A stretch of 64,000 nucleotides of DNA from a phage, in the NCBI GenBank assembly GCA_014686905.1, contig GCA_014686905.1_4093.1; one strand, given 5' to 3'. The stretch's first letter is position 1. Every line of letters begins with the position of its first letter. The position numbers and the translations under genes were made by a program. Shown one piece after another: positions 56,822 through 64,000 of the stretch. The notes below the pieces were generated by a model that was not told where the DNA came from, did no database searches, and saw only the letters and a list, made by a program, of their open reading frames with translations.

Positions 56822-57108
56822 AAATTTTAGAAGTCTTGCTAGAAAAAGATGCATCTGGTACTCTTTATGTTGGTAATGAGTTCAGTCCAGATCCAATTGA
56901 TATGTTACAGAGAATCCAAACACTGACTCAAAACATCTCGGTTAAAAAACCGTTTCAGAAAGAATTGGAAATCTTTTGTGATAAAGATATTGAACAGCAT
57001 GATAATGTGATTTCAGATATTAAAAGTCTATTGACAAAAAATGGTTATGTAGAGTATAATCCTCCTATCGTAATCGTTATTCCAGACTTCATGAAAGGAA
57101 CAATCTAA
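56818..57108 (+). CDS. hypothetical protein
   Basis: 96-aa ORF. Confidence 0.4.
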   Translation: MKILEVLLEKDASGTLYVGNEFSPDPIDMLQRIQTLTQNISVKKPFQKELEIFCDKDIEQHDNVISDIKSLLTKNGYVEYNPPIVIVIPDFMKGTI

Positions 57109-57377
57109 TGACTAAAGACGAAATGAAATCTCGCTTAAGCGAACTGAAGAAAGAACGTAAACTAGTACGTTTAGACTGGGATATCCTTAACAGGAAAGAT
57201 GAGCAATCATATGCTAACTGGAGTTCTGATAAAGTACGAAATGACCGTTCTAAAGAAGATGCAAAGCAATTCATGGCATTATCGAAGCGACTATCATCTT
57301 TGAACAGTGAAATTACTGGCCTTCAGAAAGAGATCATTTCCATTCTTAAAGCGGAGATTGAATCACTCTATGAATAA
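57108..57377 (+). CDS. hypothetical coiled-coil protein
   Basis: 89-aa ORF. Confidence 0.4.
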   Translation: MTKDEMKSRLSELKKERKLVRLDWDILNRKDEQSYANWSSDKVRNDRSKEDAKQFMALSKRLSSLNSEITGLQKEIISILKAEIESLYE

Positions 57378-57666
57378 ACATGAAGTAATTCATTTTGATG
57401 ATAAGATCTATATTCCAAATATTGATAGTACTGAAACATATTACCTAATCAATAAGATTATGGCTGAAACAAATACGTGTTGTCGTCAACAGCCAGGAAA
57501 ATATGAGTTCAGTCAGACTATTGGTTATTACCGATATGATATGTTAGAATCATTTACAATTGATAAGTCTAAAGTTATTGACATTCTTGTACAGAATGGA
57601 TATAATGAACAACGTGTAAATGATACAGATTTACCAGTTTCAAAAATTGTTCTTTCTAATAATTAA
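57370..57666 (+). CDS. hypothetical protein
   Basis: Track ORF 57307; in-frame ATG 57370. Confidence 0.35.
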   Translation: MNKHEVIHFDDKIYIPNIDSTETYYLINKIMAETNTCCRQQPGKYEFSQTIGYYRYDMLESFTIDKSKVIDILVQNGYNEQRVNDTDLPVSKIVLSNN

Positions 57667-57669
57667 AAA

Positions 57670-57698
57670 TTGGACAAGAACAGATATTGTGATATAAT
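57670..57698 (+). promoter_or_regulatory. sigma70-like promoter
   Basis: TTGGAC-17-TATAAT with TGtga extension. Confidence 0.5.
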
Positions 57699-57781
57699 GT
57701 TTGTTATCGGCAGATATTAAAATGCAAACCATTCCTCAATGATGAGGGTTTTTCATAAAAAAGAAATAAAAGGGTATTAAA

Positions 57782-57991
57782 ATGGCTAAAGAAACTAACG
57801 CACAAGTACTAGATATCACCGACTTCGACCGCACTGTGAACTACATTCAATTCCAGATTCATCAAGCAGAAGAAGCTCTAGCAGTATTCCACGGTACTGG
57901 TGCAAGGCCAATCCGTTTTGCTCACTTGATTGCATGGAAGAAAAGTCTTCAAGAAGAACTATCTGAACTGCGTAAAGCAAATCGTAAGTAA
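57782..57991 (+). CDS. hypothetical small protein
   Basis: 69 aa, promoter upstream. Confidence 0.4.
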   Translation: MAKETNAQVLDITDFDRTVNYIQFQIHQAEEALAVFHGTGARPIRFAHLIAWKKSLQEELSELRKANRK

Positions 57992-58056
57992 TTTATCTTA
58001 CCGCCTCATCATTTTTGATGGGGCATTTTAATCATATAAAGTAAGAGGATTTATAA

Positions 58057-58563
58057 ATGAGTGTTGAATATTGGTTTTTGTTTGTGTGTATTGGTACACT
58101 TGCATTAATCACCATTGGATTGATTTTCAATACCATGATTAGTGGAAGTAAGTACTTTAAGACATTCCAACTTTTAATGTCTGCTATGCCATATAGTGCT
58201 GATGCCGAAAAAACAATTTCTCTAATTTTAGATAAGTTCGATGCAAATCTTTTGGTGGCTAAAATTTCAGCATGTGATACAAATATTTCATTTTACTCGG
58301 TAGACACAGAACTGGATGGAATTGATACACAATACAAAAATCCAGTAGTTGCTGAAATTTTCATTGGTTCAAAATATTATGCCTATGGATATGTAAGAAA
58401 ATATTATTCAGAAGCAAAAGCTGAGTTGACGAAGAAGCGACCATCAATAAAAACTTTAAAACGCATCATTGCGTTGGAAAAATCACTTCGTGGTCAAACA
58501 AGCGTTAATGAGCCACCATCAGTGATTAAATCCAAAAAAAGTAATGTTGTGGAGTTGGAGTAA
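58057..58563 (+). CDS. N-terminally membrane-anchored protein
   Basis: FLFVCIGTLALITIGLIF hydrophobic start. Confidence 0.4.
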   Translation: MSVEYWFLFVCIGTLALITIGLIFNTMISGSKYFKTFQLLMSAMPYSADAEKTISLILDKFDANLLVAKISACDTNISFYSVDTELDGIDTQYKNPVVAEIFIGSKYYAYGYVRKYYSEAKAELTKKRPSIKTLKRIIALEKSLRGQTSVNEPPSVIKSKKSNVVELE

Positions 58564-58853
58564 TGGAACCAGAAAAATCAAGAAAAATTCTTATTGATGT
58601 CCAAACTAAATTACTAGATATTATGGAAATCATCAATGAGTTACCACAGGGTTATCAGTACAAAGTTCGTGAAATGTTATCTTGTGCCGAAACCGTTGTT
58701 TCTATGTACGATGATATTCAACATGGTATTATCCCTGATATTCTCAAAGATGACGTAAATATTAACACTGAGGTAAAAGAAACTAAATTAGAATCAGAAA
58801 CAGTATCTAATAAAAAAGTTCTAGACCTTAGTGGTATAAAAATTAATATCTAA
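58563..58853 (+). CDS. hypothetical protein
   Basis: 96-aa ORF. Confidence 0.4.
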   Translation: MEPEKSRKILIDVQTKLLDIMEIINELPQGYQYKVREMLSCAETVVSMYDDIQHGIIPDILKDDVNINTEVKETKLESETVSNKKVLDLSGIKINI

Positions 58854-58875
58854 AAAACATCCAATAGGAGAAGTA

Positions 58876-59025
58876 ATGAGTAATCAAAAAATCGACTTAG
58901 TAGTAAAACTTCAAGAGATTCAAGCACTAGCTAAAGACCTTGATAACACACGTGCATCAGTAGTTGATTCACTATGTGCAACAATCCTGACTGTTTTTAC
59001 AGATTACGAAAAGAAATCTGATTAA
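58876..59025 (+). CDS. possible small protein (49 aa)
   Basis: Untracked ORF with AGGAG RBS, followed by strong terminator. Confidence 0.4.
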   Translation: MSNQKIDLVVKLQEIQALAKDLDNTRASVVDSLCATILTVFTDYEKKSD

Positions 59026-59039
59026 ACGTTACTTTGTAA

Positions 59040-59069
59040 ATACCCAGTCAAGTACTGGGTATTTTTTTT
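59040..59069 (+). terminator. rho-independent terminator
   Basis: ATACCCAGT-CAAGT-ACTGGGTAT then T8. Confidence 0.75.
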
Positions 59070-59080
59070 AAGGAAATAAA

Positions 59081-59473
59081 ATGACTGAATCAGAACTACA
59101 CGAAATGATAGATTTCATTTATGAAATGGTGCAAGATAAAAATAACATCAATACAATTACTACTGGACCAAGACAAATTGGTAACCAAATGACCTATTCG
59201 TTGTCTTTATGGTTACACCCGAACTTCAAGGTTGATTATTTGTATTTCCGTCCTGATATTGATGCTTATTATTTTGTAAATCATGATGCATTAATGAAAC
59301 CAAATAAGCGTACAGTTGATGATACCTTTGTGACACACCCATTTTACCTGGCTGATTCCGAAGAAGATGAGTTTCAAAAGAACACAACGTTAAACCCAGG
59401 TGAAATTTGCATCCCTTACGTACTTAAAGATAAAATGAATTACATCACAGAAGTTATGAAAACATGCTGGTAG
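59081..59473 (+). CDS. EE-x-F-Q-motif family member
   Basis: SEEDEFQKNTTLNPGEI. Confidence 0.45.
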   Translation: MTESELHEMIDFIYEMVQDKNNINTITTGPRQIGNQMTYSLSLWLHPNFKVDYLYFRPDIDAYYFVNHDALMKPNKRTVDDTFVTHPFYLADSEEDEFQKNTTLNPGEICIPYVLKDKMNYITEVMKTCW

Positions 59474-59521
59474 ATGCAATGAAACTCTGATATAATACAA
59501 ATAATGATAATAGGAGGATAT

Positions 59522-59740
59522 ATGAAATTTATTGATTTTGATATTTCTAAGGCCAAAGAATTATTTGTAAGAAATGAAGTTTATGATATCATGTTACATA
59601 ACGGCACTGTACAAGAAGATGTTGTGTTGTTTTCGTTTGATGGTGAAAATCTCGAAACTATATATAAATTCAGCAACTTAGATGGTGACTTTTGGGAAAC
59701 CAGTACTGTTAAAATGTATAGAATTAAAAAGGAGCATTAA
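59522..59740 (+). CDS. hypothetical small protein
   Basis: Track ORF 59504; ATG 59522 after AGGAGG. Confidence 0.4.
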   Translation: MKFIDFDISKAKELFVRNEVYDIMLHNGTVQEDVVLFSFDGENLETIYKFSNLDGDFWETSTVKMYRIKKEH

Positions 59741-59741
59741 C

Positions 59742-60230
59742 ATGCCAATTCGTGGTGTACCAGAACCATTAATGGAAGTTATTAAGCATGTTCGCATTGG
59801 AGATCGAGAAGTTAATCTTCGCCGTAATAACATTTATTACTTTAAAACTTCAGAAATGAGTTCTGTACAGATTGTCATTGGTACATCTATTAAGATTACT
59901 CGTGTACTTGATGGTAGTACTGATTTCGTTGAATATAATGTACTTACTAACAAAGTAATACACACATATAAATGGAGTGGGTATAAAACTATTAAGTATG
60001 AGTTTGATGTTGCTAGAACTGAAGAAGAACGATTTATGTTAAGTACTATCAATCCAGCAAACTACCCTGACCTTGATACATTTTTGCTAATTTTAAAACT
60101 GTATAATGAAGCAAATGGGAAAGCGAAGGAGTATGATAGAATTATGTATGAACGCAAAAAAGAACGTGCTCAGAAAAGTTATGATCTTTATGATAACCCA
60201 TATGTAAAATATAATAAGGGGAGAAAATGA
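59742..60230 (+). CDS. EE-x-F-Q-motif family member (degenerate motif)
   Basis: TEEERFMLSTINPANYPDL; ATG 59742 after GGAG. Confidence 0.45.
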   Translation: MPIRGVPEPLMEVIKHVRIGDREVNLRRNNIYYFKTSEMSSVQIVIGTSIKITRVLDGSTDFVEYNVLTNKVIHTYKWSGYKTIKYEFDVARTEEERFMLSTINPANYPDLDTFLLILKLYNEANGKAKEYDRIMYERKKERAQKSYDLYDNPYVKYNKGRK

Positions 60231-60631
60231 ATAACGAAGTTCAAATTATCATAACTCCACCTATACAAAGTCTTGATGTATCTATTAGTGATTTTTTAGA
60301 AAAATATTATGAATGGTTTAATAATGATAATACCATTTATAATCATTCATTACCAGATGGTTTCGTGGAGCTTATCGAATTAAATTCAAAATCACTATAC
60401 TTCTGTGTTGAATACAATGATTATATGACAGATGAAGCTTATCGCTTTCGTTGTACATTGTATCCGAATTATTTTTCAATAGGTTATAAAGATTACCAGT
60501 ACTGTACCACTAACTATAGTGTTGAGGAAGAATTTCAGTACAATTTACTTTATCCTGATTTAGATTATACGATTGCAGTACTGTTGACTAAAATCATGGA
60601 TTTTTATAAAGATAAATATAATGCAGCCTAA
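60227..60631 (+). CDS. EE-x-F-Q-motif family member
   Basis: VEEEFQYNLLYPDLDYTI. Confidence 0.45.
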   Translation: MNNEVQIIITPPIQSLDVSISDFLEKYYEWFNNDNTIYNHSLPDGFVELIELNSKSLYFCVEYNDYMTDEAYRFRCTLYPNYFSIGYKDYQYCTTNYSVEEEFQYNLLYPDLDYTIAVLLTKIMDFYKDKYNAA

Positions 60632-60806
60632 GACATTTGATGAGTGGTTTAATCTACACTATAATATAAATGCAGCAGATATATACTATTTTAAGCTTGA
60701 ATTGTATATATCATTGCGTAACCCAATTGAGTACTATAACAACATTATCAATTGTGATGATTTTGGTACATATTTTAGTATAGCCGTTATGGATATTAAG
60801 AGATGA
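60621..60806 (+). CDS. hypothetical small protein
   Basis: 61 aa; stop overlaps next ATG. Confidence 0.35.
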   Translation: MQPKTFDEWFNLHYNINAADIYYFKLELYISLRNPIEYYNNIINCDDFGTYFSIAVMDIKR

Positions 60807-60982
60807 CACATGAAGAATGGATGGCAATGATGAAAAAACGTTATGACCAGTTTGGAAATGGATTTATTGATGGTCATTTCGATATTTTACGAGACAAATA
60901 TAAGTTCGAATCATATGTACTAGATGAGAATGGAAATCGTTGGTTCATCTATGAGCTTGCGGTTAGAGACAAAAAAATATAA
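60803..60982 (+). CDS. MTHEEW-family mini-protein, copy 1 (59 aa)
   Basis: Untracked ORF MTHEEWMAMMKKRYDQFGNGFIDGHFDILRDKYKFESYVLDENGNRWFIYELAVRDKKI. Confidence 0.5.
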   Translation: MTHEEWMAMMKKRYDQFGNGFIDGHFDILRDKYKFESYVLDENGNRWFIYELAVRDKKI

Positions 60983-61060
60983 TAACCTTTTCCATTGTCC
61001 ATTGCAATGCTTTCTTTACAGAAGAATAAATGAAACACTTAATTGAACTGGATACATAAA

Positions 61061-61237
61061 ATGACACATGAAGAATGGATAGAGTCACTAAAATATAAAC
61101 ATGATCATTTTGGATTTGGTATACGCCAAGGCCATTATGATGTTTTGAACGATAAAAAAACGTTCGAATCATTGGTTTTGGACGAAGATTCCAACCACTG
61201 GTTCATCTACGAGCTTGCTATTAGAGATAAAAAATAG
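61061..61237 (+). CDS. MTHEEW-family mini-protein, copy 2
   Basis: Track ORF 61043 (TTG); ATG 61061 gives MTHEEWIESLKYKHDHFGFGIRQGHYDVL...WFIYELAIRDKK. Confidence 0.5.
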   Translation: MTHEEWIESLKYKHDHFGFGIRQGHYDVLNDKKTFESLVLDEDSNHWFIYELAIRDKK

Positions 61238-61242
61238 TAAGA

Positions 61243-61578
<336 letters not shown>

Positions 61579-61579
61579 A

Positions 61580-61762
61580 ATGACACACGAAGAATGGATG
61601 TCCAAACAGCATAAAGAACATGACTGCTTTGGGAATGGCATTCGTCAGGTACATTATGATATATTAAGAGATGAAAATCTTTTCAGGTCATATGTTTTGG
61701 ATACCAGAAAACCCTGGTTTATATGCGAACTGGCATTTAGAAAGTCAAATAATCAAAACTAA
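61580..61762 (+). CDS. MTHEEW-family mini-protein, copy 3
   Basis: Track ORF 61562 (TTG); ATG 61580; conserved 5' context cacttaattgNactggatacataaaatgacaca shared with copy 2. Confidence 0.5.
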   Translation: MTHEEWMSKQHKEHDCFGNGIRQVHYDILRDENLFRSYVLDTRKPWFICELAFRKSNNQN

Positions 61763-61778
61763 ACAAGGAATACAAAAA

Positions 61779-61997
61779 ATGGAAACAACTTTATTTGAAG
61801 TTATTCAATCATTAAAACCTGAAGATGAGGTTCAAGTACTACTACATGGTTATCGTGTAAAAGGTACTGTGGTTTTAGTCAATGATACAACATTGGTTAT
61901 TACAGAAACAAACCCATATGATAGTAATCAACTTGCCAATATCCATATCGATATCACTGGAATTATTGGTGTCGGTGTATCTAAAGCACTTGCATAA
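61779..61997 (+). CDS. hypothetical small protein
   Basis: Track ORF 61671; ATG 61779 after AAGGAA. Confidence 0.35.
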   Translation: METTLFEVIQSLKPEDEVQVLLHGYRVKGTVVLVNDTTLVITETNPYDSNQLANIHIDITGIIGVGVSKALA

Positions 61998-62017
61998 ATC
62001 ATTAATTCATTATATAA

Positions 62018-62146
<129 letters not shown>

Positions 62147-62150
62147 AATA

Positions 62151-62227
62151 CGGGGTATAGCACAATTGGATAGTGCAAGAGAATTCTAATCTCTAGGTTG
62201 GGGGTTCAAGTCCCTCTACCTCGGCCA
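62151..62227 (+). tRNA. tRNA-Arg (anticodon TCT), CCA encoded
   Basis: Acceptor CGGGGTA/TACCTCG, D-stem GCAC/GTGC, anticodon loop ATTCTAA, T-arm GGGGG-TTCAAGT-CCCTC. Confidence 0.8.
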
Positions 62228-62250
62228 ATTTTAATTAAAGGTTAAAAACC

Positions 62251-62411
<161 letters not shown>

Positions 62412-62415
<4 letters not shown>

Positions 62416-62572
62416 CACATGAAGAATGGATGAATGACATTAATTTTAGATATTCGGGTATCGGTAGATGGCTAAAGTATCATTGGGAATTCATTTCAGA
62501 GCCACATCTGTATGATAAACTTATCAACGATCCAGCATATGAAATGTACTTAATTGAACTACTGGTACGATT

Positions 62573-62576
<4 letters not shown>
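62412..62576 (+). CDS. MTHEEW-family mini-protein, copy 5 (54 aa)
   Basis: MTHEEWMNDINFRYSGIGRWLKYHWEF...; ATGA overlap with copy 4. Confidence 0.5.
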
Positions 62577-62738
<162 letters not shown>

Positions 62739-62747
62739 AAAAAAAAG

Positions 62748-63156
<409 letters not shown>

Positions 63157-63161
<5 letters not shown>

Positions 63162-63186
63162 CTAAATAGTTCAGTACTGATATAAT
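63157..63186 (+). promoter_or_regulatory. repeated promoter cassette copy 2
   Basis: Identical 23-bp repeat, TTGACT-17-TATAAT. Confidence 0.65.
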
Positions 63187-63237
63187 GAATTCCACAATCA
63201 GACGTATATGGTGTAAGTTACGTATAGTGAGGTTTAT

Positions 63238-63845
<608 letters not shown>

Positions 63846-63849
63846 ATTA

Positions 63850-63921
<72 letters not shown>

Positions 63922-63942
63922 CATAAACAATGAGAGGTATAA

Positions 63943-64000
<58 letters not shown>

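Overview
This window reads as an AT-rich segment of a large lytic phage with a T4-like DNA replication and nucleotide-metabolism module, transcribed almost entirely on the + strand. Everything below is from reading the sequence and ORF translations by eye; no searches or folding tools were run. Confident calls: primase, DnaB-family helicase, NrdA/NrdB, DHFR, bacterial-type RNase HI, Dda helicase, topoisomerase II large and medium subunits, clamp-loader ATPase, DexA-like exonuclease and a C5-cytosine methyltransferase. Less usual cargo: a full-length IF3 homolog, a ClpS-like adaptor, a GroES-like co-chaperonin and a possible NADAR-like protein. Many intergenic regions carry sigma70-type promoters (TTGACA-17-TATAAT) and hairpin plus T-tract terminators. 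The 3' third (about 44-64 kb) is a hyperplastic accessory region holding the most novel signals: (1) at least 15 small genes with hypervariable N-terminal parts and a shared C-terminal motif, roughly [E/D]-E-x-[F/Y]-[F/Q]-Q-x-S-[T/L]-[I/V]; (2) six tandem, translationally coupled mini-genes all starting MTHEEW, interleaved with tRNA genes; (3) a 23-bp promoter cassette repeated exactly three times. Two distant ORFs (2322..2960 and 33266..33808) together carry the motif series of the C-family polymerase (DnaE) palm, suggesting a split or miniaturised nucleotidyltransferase. Six tRNA or tRNA-like genes are present, three of them atypical. No integrase, transposase, CRISPR array or homing endonuclease was recognised.
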